IMG/VR virus record: IMGVR_UViG_2579778871_000004
Location: 1 to 40,968 of that record
Direction: 5' to 3' (one strand)
DNA length: 40,968 bases
Source of the DNA: a virus
Taxonomy: Duplodnaviria > Heunggongvirae > Uroviricota > Caudoviricetes
Below are positions 1 to 8,646 of the stretch, one piece after another. Position numbers and translations under genes: made by a program. Each line of letters begins with the position of its first letter. Position 1 is the first letter of the stretch. The notes under the pieces were generated by a model, which was given only the letters and a program-made list of their open reading frames with translations, had not been told where the DNA came from and did not search any database.

Positions 1-1284
1 TTACTTCTTCGCCTCTGCAACCACTTTACTACCCACGCCGCGGTTATTGTATTCCCACATGCGGTTGTAGTTAGTGTCATTCAGATTGCGCTGTATTTCG
101 TCGTTATCATCTACGCTGCCGGTATTACCCGCAAACGGACGATTAGAGATCACCGCATCGGCCCACGGTTTAGCCGTGTTAAAACCTTCGTTGATGGCGC
201 TATCACGGATCACCACCTGACCGTTGGTATTGGCATCAACATCCAGCGAGCGGCCCAGTTGCGCCACACCATCACCGAAAGCATTGAAACGGCTGTTTAC
301 GGCGAGGAAACCGTAGTAAATGTTGGACAGCGTAGCCGGTGCAAACACATACGCTTCTTGCTGAGTACGTGAGTTCACCACGCGGAATTCGGTGTTATCG
401 AACACCACTGCGCCGCGACCAGAAACGATATCCACATCCCCTTCAATGTAGCTGTTGGTCACCAGCGTACGCGGCTGACGGTTGGTTTCCAGACGGTTCT
501 GCACACCGCTGTTGGTGACAAAGAAGGTGTTCTGACGACCGAGAATGTTAACGTTGTTAATCTGTACCTGGTCACCATCAGTACGCAGTGCCACCGCCGG
601 ATGGTTACCTGCATCTACGCTATCGCCCAGCGTGTTTTCGATGGTCAGATTTTGCAGTTGCAGGCCATTGTTTTGTGACCAGAAGACCGCAGAGCAGAGA
701 ACACCGATACTGTCGCTGCGTTTGCTCTGGCAGCTATCGTACATATACCACGCTGGTTTACCTGGCATATATTTGCCGCGCGGGTTGACGTCGTGACGCC
801 AGTCGGCAGGGCTCATGCCACCATCAAGGGAAAGCCCAATCTTCACATCAATCGGTTTTTCACCTGTACCGTACAGAGTAATTCCACCCGGAGCGGCAGG
901 GACATATACCGTTCCCTGATACTCACCAGGCATCACGGCAATATACTGGCGCTTGTTGGTACGCTTGATAATTGCCGCATCTACCGCCGCCTGAATCGTG
1001 GTATGCGTTACACCTTGAGTGCCCGCCGGGCCGACAACAAAGTCAGGTTGCGCAGGCAGGGTAATCGGGGAAGGATTCCACGCTGCAGCACCTGGTGTCA
1101 GGGATGCAAAATAGTGTTGAGCATCGAAATTCTGCGCTTCTTTTGCCGACAGAATCGGGCGAGAAGAGGTACCAGGCGCGGTTTGATCAGAAGGACGTTG
1201 ATCGGGCGGGGTTGAGCTACAGGCGGTCAGCGTCACGCCAAAAGCCAATGCCAGCGCCAGACGGGAAACTGAAAATGTGTTCAC
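1..1284 (-). CDS. ybhC: Host outer-membrane lipoprotein YbhC (pectinesterase-family fold), flanking the lambda attachment site
   Basis: 427-aa ORF with lipoprotein signal peptide (..LTAC SS..); recognised as E. coli YbhC, which borders attB-lambda; sits immediately left of the att core. Confidence 0.7.
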   Translation of the reverse strand: MNTFSVSRLALALAFGVTLTACSSTPPDQRPSDQTAPGTSSRPILSAKEAQNFDAQHYFASLTPGAAAWNPSPITLPAQPDFVVGPAGTQGVTHTTIQAAVDAAIIKRTNKRQYIAVMPGEYQGTVYVPAAPGGITLYGTGEKPIDVKIGLSLDGGMSPADWRHDVNPRGKYMPGKPAWYMYDSCQSKRSDSIGVLCSAVFWSQNNGLQLQNLTIENTLGDSVDAGNHPAVALRTDGDQVQINNVNILGRQNTFFVTNSGVQNRLETNRQPRTLVTNSYIEGDVDIVSGRGAVVFDNTEFRVVNSRTQQEAYVFAPATLSNIYYGFLAVNSRFNAFGDGVAQLGRSLDVDANTNGQVVIRDSAINEGFNTAKPWADAVISNRPFAGNTGSVDDNDEIQRNLNDTNYNRMWEYNNRGVGSKVVAEAKK

Positions 1285-1309
1285 AGGTTGCTCCGGGCTA
1301 TGAAATAGA

Positions 1310-1420
1310 AAAATGAATCCGTTGAAGCCTGCTTTTTTATACTAAGTTGGCATTATAAAAAAGCATTGCTTATCAATTTCTTGCAACGAACAGGTCACTA
1401 TCAGTCAAAATAAAATCATT
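1310..1420. other. attL: attL: lambda att core GCTTTTTTATACTAA (1331-1345) plus phage P' arm with Int arm-type sites
   Basis: Exact lambda core sequence followed by GTTGGCATTATAAAAAAGCATTGCTTATCAATTT...CAGGTCACTATCAGTCAAAATAAAATCATTATTTGATTTCAATT, recognised as the lambda P' arm, directly upstream of int. Confidence 0.85.
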
Positions 1421-2489
1421 ATTTGATTTCAATTATGTCCCACTCCCTGCCTCTGTCATCACGATACTGTGATGCCATGGTGTCCGACTTATGCCCGAGA
1501 AGATGTTGAGCAAACTTATCGCTTATCTGCTTCTCATAGAGTCTTGCAGACAAACTGCGCAACTCGTGAAAGGTAGGCGGATCCCCTTCGAAGGAAAGAC
1601 CTGATGCTTTTCGTGCGCGCATAAAATACCTTGATACTGTGCCGGATGAAAGCGGTTCACGACGAGTAGATGCAATTATGGTTTCTCCGCCAAGAATCTC
1701 TTTGCATTTATCAAGTGTTTCCTTCATTGATATCCCGAGAGCATCAACATGCAATGTTGTAGGGATGGCAATTTTTACGCCTGTTTTGCTTTGCTCGACA
1801 TAAAGATATCCATCTACGATATCAGACCACTTCATTTCGCATAAATCACCAACTCGCTGCCCGGTAACAACAGCCAGTTCCATTGCAAGTCTGAGCCAAC
1901 ATGGTGATGATTCTGCTGCTTGATAAATTTTCAGGTATTCGTCAGCCGTAAGTCTTGATCTCCTTACCTCTGATTTTGCTGCGCGAGTGGCAGCGACAGG
2001 GTTTGTTGTTATATGGCCTTCAGCTATTGCCTCTCGGAATGCATCGCTCAGTGTTGATCTGATTAACTTGGCTGACGCAGCCTTGCCCTCGTCTATGTAT
2101 CCATTGAGCATTGCCGCAATTTCTTTTGTGGTGATGTCTTCAAGTGGAGCATCAGGCAGACCCCTCCTTATTGCTTTAATTTTGCTCATGTAATTTATGA
2201 GTGTCTTCTGCTTGATTCCTCTGCTGGCGAGGATTTTTTCGTAGCGATCAAGCCATGAATGTAACGTAACAGAATTATCACTGTTGATTCTCGCTGTCAG
2301 AGGCTTGTGTTTGTGTCCTGAAAATAACTCAATGTTGGCCTGTATAGCTTCAGTGATTGCTATCCTCCTGTCTCTGCCTAATCCGAACTCTTTACCCGTC
2401 CTTGGGTCCCTGTAGCAGTAATATCCATTGTTTCTTAAATAAAGGTTAGGGGGTAAATCCCGGCGCTCATGACTTCGCCTTCTTCCCAT
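1419..2489 (-). CDS. int: Tyrosine integrase, lambda Int type
   Basis: 356-aa ORF MGRRRSHERRDLPPNLYLRNNGYYCYRDPRTGKEFGLGRD... recognised as lambda Int; adjacent to attL. Confidence 0.95.
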   Translation of the reverse strand: MGRRRSHERRDLPPNLYLRNNGYYCYRDPRTGKEFGLGRDRRIAITEAIQANIELFSGHKHKPLTARINSDNSVTLHSWLDRYEKILASRGIKQKTLINYMSKIKAIRRGLPDAPLEDITTKEIAAMLNGYIDEGKAASAKLIRSTLSDAFREAIAEGHITTNPVAATRAAKSEVRRSRLTADEYLKIYQAAESSPCWLRLAMELAVVTGQRVGDLCEMKWSDIVDGYLYVEQSKTGVKIAIPTTLHVDALGISMKETLDKCKEILGGETIIASTRREPLSSGTVSRYFMRARKASGLSFEGDPPTFHELRSLSARLYEKQISDKFAQHLLGHKSDTMASQYRDDRGREWDIIEIK

Positions 2490-2685
2490 TTCTGATCCTC
2501 TTCAAAAGGCTACCTGTTACTGGTCGATTTAAGTCAACCTTTACCGCTGATTCGTGGAACAGATACTCTCTTCCATCCTTAACCGGAGGAGGGAATATCC
2601 TGCATTCGCGCACCCATCGACGAACTGTTTCAAGGCTTCTTGGGCGCCGCTGGCGTGCGTTCCACTCCTGAAGTGTTAAGTACAT
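2467..2685 (-). CDS. xis: Excisionase, lambda Xis type
   Basis: 72-aa ORF MYLTLQEWNARQRRPRSLETVRRWVRECRIFPPP..., overlaps int start as in lambda. Confidence 0.9.
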   Translation of the reverse strand: MYLTLQEWNARQRRPRSLETVRRWVRECRIFPPPVKDGREYLFHESAVKVDLNRPVTGSLLKRIRNGKKAKS

Positions 2686-2715
2686 CGCAAAGTCTCCGCA
2701 ATTACACGCAAGAAA

Positions 2716-2735
2716 AAACCGCCATCAGGCGGTTT
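2716..2735. terminator. Bidirectional stem-loop AAACCGCC-atca-GGCGGTTT flanked by A/T runs, between orf103 and xis
   Basis: Perfect 8-bp stem, T-run on plus side (GGTTTTCTTT) and on minus side (TTTTTTCTTG). Confidence 0.45.
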
Positions 2736-2775
2736 GGTTTTCTTTCAGTTCTTCAATTCGAATATTGGTTACGTC

Positions 2776-3087
2776 TTATTCGATGCGTACTCCTGGTATT
2801 TCGCCTTTTGATATTGCTAAGTCATAAATTTGCGCGGCACTATATCCATCCCGCATCCATGAATCTAAGGCGCGAACAGCCTCGCTACGCTTTTTATCTT
2901 CTCTCTCATTTTTGATATCAACGAGGACATCAACGCAATTAAGGCAAATGTGGATTTTGTCCTTACATTCGATCATGGCGGCTTTACCATGATTTCCGCC
3001 ACACAGTGAGCATAAATCTTCAGGGTCCGGCTGGTATTTCTGTAACGTTAGATGGTTGAATGTTGAACAGACCATAATCATCTCCAT
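2776..3087 (-). CDS. Cys-rich small protein (putative zinc ribbon), unknown function
   Basis: 103-aa ORF with CSLCGG...CLNC cysteine pairs; in the leftward early operon. Confidence 0.5.
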   Translation of the reverse strand: MEMIMVCSTFNHLTLQKYQPDPEDLCSLCGGNHGKAAMIECKDKIHICLNCVDVLVDIKNEREDKKRSEAVRALDSWMRDGYSAAQIYDLAISKGEIPGVRIE

Positions 3088-3146
3088 AAAACAAAACTCG
3101 CCGTAGCGAGTTCAGATAAAAGAAATCCCCGCGAGTGCGAGGATTG

Positions 3147-3431
3147 TTATTCATTGCCGATATTCACTTTTATCGCGAACACCTTTACCGGTTTATCACC
3201 GAAGTGCGGATGTGTGATTGTCTTGATTTCATATCCGTCATACGGGACGTTAATTCTGCGGCTGGAGTCGTCGCGCTTCGGGTATCCCTTTGTGATAATC
3301 AGGCGGTCATACTTACGGTTAACGAGGCGCTTTTTCCAGTAGTCATTACACAGTCGATGCTCTTCCGTTTTCTCCCCGCGAATCATGGCATCGAAGTATT
3401 CACCTTTGACGGCAAGTTGCAGGTTAGCCAC
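3147..3431 (-). CDS. ASCH/PUA-like small protein (DUF3850-like), unknown function
   Basis: 94-aa ORF; N-terminal LQLAVKGEYFDAMIRGEKTEEHR resembles the ASCH-domain signature (K.EYF.A...G.KT.E.R). Confidence 0.45.
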   Translation of the reverse strand: MANLQLAVKGEYFDAMIRGEKTEEHRLCNDYWKKRLVNRKYDRLIITKGYPKRDDSSRRINVPYDGYEIKTITHPHFGDKPVKVFAIKVNIGNE

Positions 3432-4104
3432 GGTTAACCTCCAGTTGTGGTGCTGCTTCTATAGCAGCCCTGTAACCAGCAGCATGACCGCGAAAGTTAG
3501 CAATCTCTGATAGCCACGCTTTAATCATGGCCTGAGTTGGTTCCTTCGGCACCATAACCCAACCATCCGGAGTTACCGGAGAGTTGCCAGCCAGTCTACG
3601 CAACACAGCCTTAACCGCCTCAATACGGTCATCATCAACTTTTTCTACAATATTGGAATTTAAATACTTCGAAGCCTTGCTATGCCAATCGCTGGTTTTA
3701 GGGTCTTGTCCATCCATCAAACGCCAAGCTTCAGCGATTAACTCATAGCCAGTAACAGTGGCTTCCTGCGCATCACCAATCAGTTGTGTGATCTCTCTTT
3801 CAAGCATACTTAGAGCGTTAGGCATTGGTTTTTCTTCAGGTACTACTGGCACTGGAGGGGCGGCATAAACAGGAATAACGTCCGATTGATCTTTATTGCT
3901 TTCATCCGTTAAAGCCCAGAATAATTTCCCGGCCGGATGTTTGAAAATATAAGCAACTGGTTCTGCTCCCAGTGATGCCAGTGCAATTTTTAATGCGGTA
4001 AGCATGTTGTTTTGATCTTCATCGAGTCCGAACGGTATTTCATCCCGTGCTGACTCAATGCTGGTAATCGTGTTCTGTAACCATTCTTTGGTAAGAGTAT
4101 TCAT
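3424..4104 (-). CDS. Hypothetical phage protein (226 aa)
   Basis: Long ORF, overlaps neighbours by a few nt on both sides (operon-like packing). Confidence 0.6.
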   Translation of the reverse strand: MNTLTKEWLQNTITSIESARDEIPFGLDEDQNNMLTALKIALASLGAEPVAYIFKHPAGKLFWALTDESNKDQSDVIPVYAAPPVPVVPEEKPMPNALSMLEREITQLIGDAQEATVTGYELIAEAWRLMDGQDPKTSDWHSKASKYLNSNIVEKVDDDRIEAVKAVLRRLAGNSPVTPDGWVMVPKEPTQAMIKAWLSEIANFRGHAAGYRAAIEAAPQLEVNRG

Positions 4105-4106
4105 AA

Positions 4107-4298
4107 CTATTTCACTTTAATCTCAATATTTCGCAGCTTTAGCTCTACTGGAAGGTCTGACTTTCCTGTTAATGCTAATGCGAGATTTTCAGGAGTAATG
4201 AGAGCAGTTATTGTTTTCCCCATCGCCAGACGAATAATCATTCGTATCTCGCAATCGTCACATGCTCCCGGTCGAACAATTGAGATTTGTCCGTTCAT
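4107..4298 (-). CDS. Hypothetical small protein (63 aa)
   Basis: ORF tightly packed between 3424-4104 and 4300-4878 on same strand. Confidence 0.45.
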   Translation of the reverse strand: MNGQISIVRPGACDDCEIRMIIRLAMGKTITALITPENLALALTGKSDLPVELKLRNIEIKVK

Positions 4299-4299
4299 C

Positions 4300-4878
4300 T
4301 CACTCCCCCTTCACACCAATGTTGGCGGCGGCGCGCTCGGCTTCACTTTGTTCCCAAAACCACTTGTGAAGCGCCATAAGCTTTTCGTCAATCGGTGCAT
4401 ATTTGCGATTAAAGTAGGCCTGAGCATCTTTCTCAGATTCGTCCGGTAATTCGCCAGGGCCAAACAGTGTGTTATAAATCCATGCCAGTCCGCTCTTAGC
4501 GTCGCCAGTTGCCTGCCATTCGATAATCGCAGCCTGCATGACCAGAATGTTTTTCCCGATTAATAGGTCCAGTTCTTTGTATCGGTTGCGGATGTATGCA
4601 TTCTCGCTTTGTAATTCAGCGTTGCGCTTCTCTGCGGCTTCCAGCTCAACACGCAGCTTCCCTACCGTTAGCGCAATATCTTCGTTCTCCTGGTCGCGGC
4701 GTTTGATGTATTGCTGGTTTCTTTCCCGTTCATCCAGCAGCGCCAGCACAATGTGTGGCGTTATCAAGGACTCAAATTCTGCAACAGCTTGCTCGCCTCG
4801 CTTGTAATTCTTAATCCCACCTAAATCTTTCGCGTTCTGTGCCGCCTCACGCAGTGCCTGATAGTCAATCTTGCTCAC
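4300..4878 (-). CDS. Ea22-like coiled-coil protein
   Basis: 192-aa ORF, GTG start preceded by AAAGGAGG; N-terminal QALREAAQ motif and central coiled coil typical of Ead/Ea22-like proteins; position matches lambda ea22 slot. Confidence 0.5.
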   Translation of the reverse strand: MSKIDYQALREAAQNAKDLGGIKNYKRGEQAVAEFESLITPHIVLALLDERERNQQYIKRRDQENEDIALTVGKLRVELEAAEKRNAELQSENAYIRNRYKELDLLIGKNILVMQAAIIEWQATGDAKSGLAWIYNTLFGPGELPDESEKDAQAYFNRKYAPIDEKLMALHKWFWEQSEAERAAANIGVKGE

Positions 4879-5042
4879 TGGCTGCCTCCTTTGCGCAACA
4901 TCGCATTCAGATATTTGTTGTCATTAACAGAACCGAAACTCTTTCTTTTAAGCAATTCCTCTCTCGATGGCATTGGCTTTACGCGTTGGCGAATAATCAT
5001 TTCTGCCGGAAGAATGCCGGGATTGTATGCAAGACCTCTCAT
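4875..5042 (-). CDS. Hypothetical small basic protein (55 aa), translationally coupled
   Basis: Hand-translated [58 protein letters not shown]; ATGA overlap with upstream gene stop, GTGA overlap with downstream start; below the 60-aa ORF-track cut-off. Confidence 0.4.
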   Translation of the reverse strand: MRGLAYNPGILPAEMIIRQRVKPMPSREELLKRKSFGSVNDNKYLNAMLRKGGSQ

Positions 5043-5329
5043 GATTTACTCTCCACGAACTGGTCAACGGCCATGCTAAGTGACACACCTAAAGTCTCGA
5101 TATGCTGCTGAATATCCTGTAGCGTCTGCGCCTGAGATAACAGGATTTCACGGTTGCATAACTCTTTAACCAGATGCTCAAACTTGCTGTAATAACCGAT
5201 ACGGCTTAGTGTTTCTTTCCCTGCATTCTCGCCTTCTTTGATAATTCCTCTTTCGCTAAGAATCAGATCGTGTTTTGTTCCGGTAATAACGTATTTTCCG
5301 AGGTCGATGTTTAGCTTCATTGTTTTCAT
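5039..5329 (-). CDS. Hypothetical protein (96 aa from internal ATG)
   Basis: ATG at 5329 preceded by AGGAATTAACA; the upstream extension of the track ORF overlaps the neighbouring gene. Confidence 0.5.
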   Translation of the reverse strand: MKTMKLNIDLGKYVITGTKHDLILSERGIIKEGENAGKETLSRIGYYSKFEHLVKELCNREILLSQAQTLQDIQQHIETLGVSLSMAVDQFVESKS

Positions 5330-5339
5330 TGTTAATTCC

Positions 5340-5633
5340 TCAGTCATTACTGATAGCGCCATAGCGTGAGCGGTAATTACGCAGGCGCGGGTCGATTTCA
5401 GGGAAGTGGGTATATGTGGCTTTGCGGAATGGTCGGATTGATGTCTGGTAAATTCGCTCTCGTTCTTCTTTCTCTGCAAGCCATATGCAGTGGCGAAACT
5501 CCTTTTCCTCTTTCGTTTCCTGCGGTAGAGACATTATTCGATCGTAGTTTTTTCTGAATTTATCCAGCACCTCCGATACGGAATTGCCGGAACAGCGGCG
5601 CGCGTCGTCCGCACCATACAGAGGCGCTGGCAT
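5340..5633 (-). CDS. Hypothetical protein (97 aa)
   Basis: ORF in same leftward operon immediately downstream of ssb. Confidence 0.5.
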   Translation of the reverse strand: MPAPLYGADDARRCSGNSVSEVLDKFRKNYDRIMSLPQETKEEKEFRHCIWLAEKEERERIYQTSIRPFRKATYTHFPEIDPRLRNYRSRYGAISND

Positions 5634-5646
5634 GATTTTCTCCTGA

Positions 5647-6153
5647 TTAAATTGCGTGAATAGCGTGACGAGGGAAGGGGAGAGTTACTGGTGCAAAGGG
5701 TATATCGTCGTCAAAATCCATCGGAGGTTCGTTGTGTTGTGCTGGTGATGATTGCTGCTGTGGCTTCTGTGATTGCCTGCTGGCTGCTTGTTGTTTGCTG
5801 TCGCCAATGCCGCCAAGCATTTGCATCACGCCATTAATTCCGACATGAACCTCGGTTGTGTAACGGTCTTGCCCTGACTGGTCTTTCCACTTTCTGGTTC
5901 TCAGCATTCCCTCGAAATAAATCTGATCACCTTTTTTCACATACTGCCCCACGACCTCAGCCAGTTTCCCGGATACAGCAACACGATGCCATTCAGTCAA
6001 TTCCTTTTGCTCGCCAGTATTTTTATCTCGCCATTGTTCTGACGTGGCTATTGTCAGGTTAGCGAACGCTGTTCCTGATGGTGAGTATCGAACTTCCGGG
6101 TCTTGTCCTACCCGACCAAGGATAATCACCTTATTTACGCCTCTGCTTGCCAT
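5647..6153 (-). CDS. ssb: Single-stranded DNA-binding protein
   Basis: 168 aa; OB-fold N-terminus ([18 protein letters not shown]...), Gln/Pro-rich linker, acidic C-terminal tail DFDDDIPF. Confidence 0.85.
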   Translation of the reverse strand: MASRGVNKVIILGRVGQDPEVRYSPSGTAFANLTIATSEQWRDKNTGEQKELTEWHRVAVSGKLAEVVGQYVKKGDQIYFEGMLRTRKWKDQSGQDRYTTEVHVGINGVMQMLGGIGDSKQQAASRQSQKPQQQSSPAQHNEPPMDFDDDIPFAPVTLPFPRHAIHAI

Positions 6154-6861
6154 TTATGCCGCCTGTTTTAGTTCGTTAACTCTGATGTTCATTACCTGAA
6201 CGCATTTAGCCTGCGCCTCCTCGTTGCCAGCCATTAATTGCCAGTCACGCTGATAACGCTCGATGAGTTTTTTCTTGTCAGTTTCTGTTGACGCATAATC
6301 GCTGAAGTCTTTCAGGATTTGTTCGCAGTCAACCGATGGTGATTTCTGGTTGGTATTTTCTGGTGATGGTTTGTTATCTGATGCTGGGATTGCCCATCCA
6401 GGCAGCGATGGAGGGAGCCAGTAAAATCCTGTTCCATCTTTCAGTTTTGCCCTGTGCCATCCCTGCTTTTTATCGAGAGATGTTTGTGCGAAACCTTCCT
6501 CAAGGTTATACAGATACCGACCGATTCCCCACTGAACGGCAGCGCGCTTCATTGCACCGGAACGACCACCTTTGACGGCTTCTACCTGCGTGTTTTCAGC
6601 AGCATCCCATTTGGTTACCCATTCGGAATCAATCTTTATTGATATGCCGCATTCAACGCCGCCGTTGTTGGGAATATCGCGGTATTCATTGCGCCATCCT
6701 GCTTTGCCGCAAACATCGTCCAGGCGTTTCATGATTGCCCGGTTCGTGACATAAGCCAGCACCATAGCCCACACTTTGCCATCGCGTGTTTTACCGCTTT
6801 GCTGTATTCGCCATTCGATATCTTCAGGGCTGAATGGCTCATCGAATTTATTCAAATCCAT
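6154..6861 (-). CDS. Rad52-like single-strand annealing protein (Sak-type recombinase)
   Basis: 235 aa; GGVECGISIKID...GGRSGAMKRAAVQWGIGRYLY resembles the Rad52/Sak annealing core; paired with ssb in place of lambda exo/bet. Confidence 0.55.
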   Translation of the reverse strand: MDLNKFDEPFSPEDIEWRIQQSGKTRDGKVWAMVLAYVTNRAIMKRLDDVCGKAGWRNEYRDIPNNGGVECGISIKIDSEWVTKWDAAENTQVEAVKGGRSGAMKRAAVQWGIGRYLYNLEEGFAQTSLDKKQGWHRAKLKDGTGFYWLPPSLPGWAIPASDNKPSPENTNQKSPSVDCEQILKDFSDYASTETDKKKLIERYQRDWQLMAGNEEAQAKCVQVMNIRVNELKQAA

Positions 6862-6948
6862 AATTCACCTCAGAATGGACACGGCCCAAGGAAATAACGC
6901 TGATTTAATACTTCAGTCTTTGCCGCATTTAAAAATACGCGAACACCT

Positions 6949-7119
6949 TCACGATCTCCCTTCTGGCGATACATTAACGCCTGCTGCGTGTACATGCGTC
7001 TCTGTAACTTGCTCTCCTTCACTGTGGTTGCAAGTGACATGAATATCTCCTTCGTTACCGATTAATTCTTTCATCTGACGAATGAATTCTTCGTCTGACC
7101 AGTTATCCGTAAAACTCAT
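6949..7119 (-). CDS. Hypothetical acidic small protein (56 aa), coupled to kil-like gene
   Basis: ATG at 7119 overlaps the kil-like stop (ATGA); MSFTDNWSDEEFIRQMKELIGNEGD... Confidence 0.35.
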   Translation of the reverse strand: MSFTDNWSDEEFIRQMKELIGNEGDIHVTCNHSEGEQVTETHVHAAGVNVSPEGRS

Positions 7120-7268
7120 TTCCTGCGATACCACGGAAGGTTGATAGCTGATTTCATCGCTTTATTTGCTTCAAGCCACATTTTGGAATCACCAATAAAT
7201 CGGGCTATTACTGCTTTGTTTTGTGCCGCACGAAGCATCTGGTGATTGATGGCTATTTCATTGCGCAT
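7116..7268 (-). CDS. Kil-like small protein (50 aa)
   Basis: Hand-translated MRNEIAINHQMLRAAQNKAVIARFIGDSKMWLEANKAMKSAINLPWYRRK; size and position (overlapping the cIII-like 3' end) match lambda kil; sequence resemblance recalled only approximately. Confidence 0.4.
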   Translation of the reverse strand: MRNEIAINHQMLRAAQNKAVIARFIGDSKMWLEANKAMKSAINLPWYRRK

Positions 7269-7387
7269 AACGCCTCCAGTTGTTTCTTTGCTGCTCTGAT
7301 TAATTGTTTAACTCGGCGTGATAATTCAGATTCGTGCGGGTAGAAAGCGGACATGACGCCGCTACCCGCGAGCTGAAAGTGCATCAT
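7253..7387 (-). CDS. cIII-like protease (FtsH/HflB) inhibitor
   Basis: 44 aa from MMHFQLAGSGVMSAFYPHESELSRRVKQLIRAAKKQLE; central amphipathic helix matches the cIII family; AAGGAG RBS 6 nt upstream. Confidence 0.55.
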   Translation of the reverse strand: MMHFQLAGSGVMSAFYPHESELSRRVKQLIRAAKKQLEALCAMK

Positions 7388-7462
7388 GGGTAACTCCTTA
7401 TATTTGATTGCATAACGAAAATGCCTCTCGTGAAGCATTATTGGTATGCGGTAAAGCCGCGC

Positions 7463-7831
7463 TCAGGCGGCTTTGATAGTCATATCATCTGAATCAAATA
7501 TTCCTGATGTATCGATATCGGTAATTCTTATTCCTTCACTACCATCCATTGGAGGCCATCCTTCCTGACCATTTCCATCATCCAAGTCGAACTCACAAAC
7601 AACACCATATGCACTTAAGTCTTTCGAAATTGCTATAAGCAGAGCATGTTGCGCCAGCATGATTAATACAGCATTTAATACAGCACCGTGTTTATTGAGT
7701 CGGTATTCAGAGTCTGACCAGAAATTATTAATCTGGTGAAGTTTTTCCTCTGTCATTACGTCATGGTCGATTTCAATTTCTATTGATGCTTTCCAGTCGT
7801 AATCAATGATGTATTTTTTGATGTTTGACAT
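7463..7831 (-). CDS. Ea10-position protein (122 aa), unknown function
   Basis: Same length and location (between cIII and the N-proximal accessory genes) as lambda ea10; acidic C-terminus. Confidence 0.45.
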   Translation of the reverse strand: MSNIKKYIIDYDWKASIEIEIDHDVMTEEKLHQINNFWSDSEYRLNKHGAVLNAVLIMLAQHALLIAISKDLSAYGVVCEFDLDDGNGQEGWPPMDGSEGIRITDIDTSGIFDSDDMTIKAA

Positions 7832-7849
7832 CTATTCATATCCTCATAG

Positions 7850-7877
7850 ATAAAAAATCGCCCTCACACTGGAGGGC
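7850..7877 (-). terminator. Rho-independent terminator (tL-like) between the 208-aa gene and the ea10-position gene
   Basis: Minus-strand hairpin GCCCTCCAGTGTGAGGGC followed by GATTTTTTATC. Confidence 0.5.
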
Positions 7878-7992
7878 AAAGAAGATTTCCAATAATCAGA
7901 ACAAGTCGGCTCCTGTTTAGTTACGAGCGACATTGCTCCGTGTATTCACTCGTTGGAATGAATACACAGTGCAGTGTTTATTCTGTTGTTAG

Positions 7993-8021
7993 TGCCAAAA
8001 ATAAAGGCCGACTATGCGGCC
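7993..8021 (-). terminator. Rho-independent terminator just downstream of the 208-aa gene
   Basis: Minus-strand hairpin GGCCGCATAGTCGGCC followed by TTTATTTTTGG; overlaps the gene stop codon. Confidence 0.5.
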
Positions 8022-8635
8022 TCGGAAGGAAGTCCAATCATCTTATTCAAATCTTCTACCCGTAAAGCAGGAAGTGCTGTACTTGCTTTATCTGCTTCTT
8101 TTGGTAGCAATTCTTTGCTTTCAGGCCAAACTTCAATAAGTCGCTTAACTGTTGTGACTGAGTTCAAAGCAGCCCATACATTTGATTCGATATCCTTTTT
8201 CAAGGCTTCAAGGTTTTGTTGCAATGCGCAGATTTCATCAAACCTTTTTGTTATTTCGTGTTCTGCGTCAAACATGCATTTATCTTTAGTCGGAGTAGGG
8301 AGCAATATATCTTCGCCGTTGCCGTCTTTCCCATATGAATGCCATCCAACCCTTCTGCCAGATACAGTCAGATAAATTGAAGTAGAACGAACATCGTATG
8401 AGTAAAATGAACATCCCATCTTTTCAAGTTCTTCACTTATAGCCATTAAGTTTGATGCCAGCTTGTCCACTTCCTCAGTTTTCTTTTTCCCGCCAAACGC
8501 AATAACTCTGGCGTCAAGTGCAAGCTGGTTCTTTAACTTTGTTACTTCTTCAAGTTCAGTGAAAACCCCAGACTTAATTAAAGCGTTACGAGCGATTTCC
8601 TCTTTCATTCTCGTAGTTAAGCGGATTGATGACAT
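8012..8635 (-). CDS. Hypothetical protein (207 aa from ATG at 8635), pL-operon accessory gene
   Basis: Strong RBS GAGAGGAATTAAT-ATG; no family recognised; flanked by terminators. Confidence 0.6.
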   Translation of the reverse strand: MSSIRLTTRMKEEIARNALIKSGVFTELEEVTKLKNQLALDARVIAFGGKKKTEEVDKLASNLMAISEELEKMGCSFYSYDVRSTSIYLTVSGRRVGWHSYGKDGNGEDILLPTPTKDKCMFDAEHEITKRFDEICALQQNLEALKKDIESNVWAALNSVTTVKRLIEVWPESKELLPKEADKASTALPALRVEDLNKMIGLPSEAA

Positions 8636-8646
8636 ATTAATTCCTC

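Noticed and set aside
1987-2193. 68-aa plus-strand ORF inside int
   Set aside because: Antisense to the integrase coding sequence with no independent signals.
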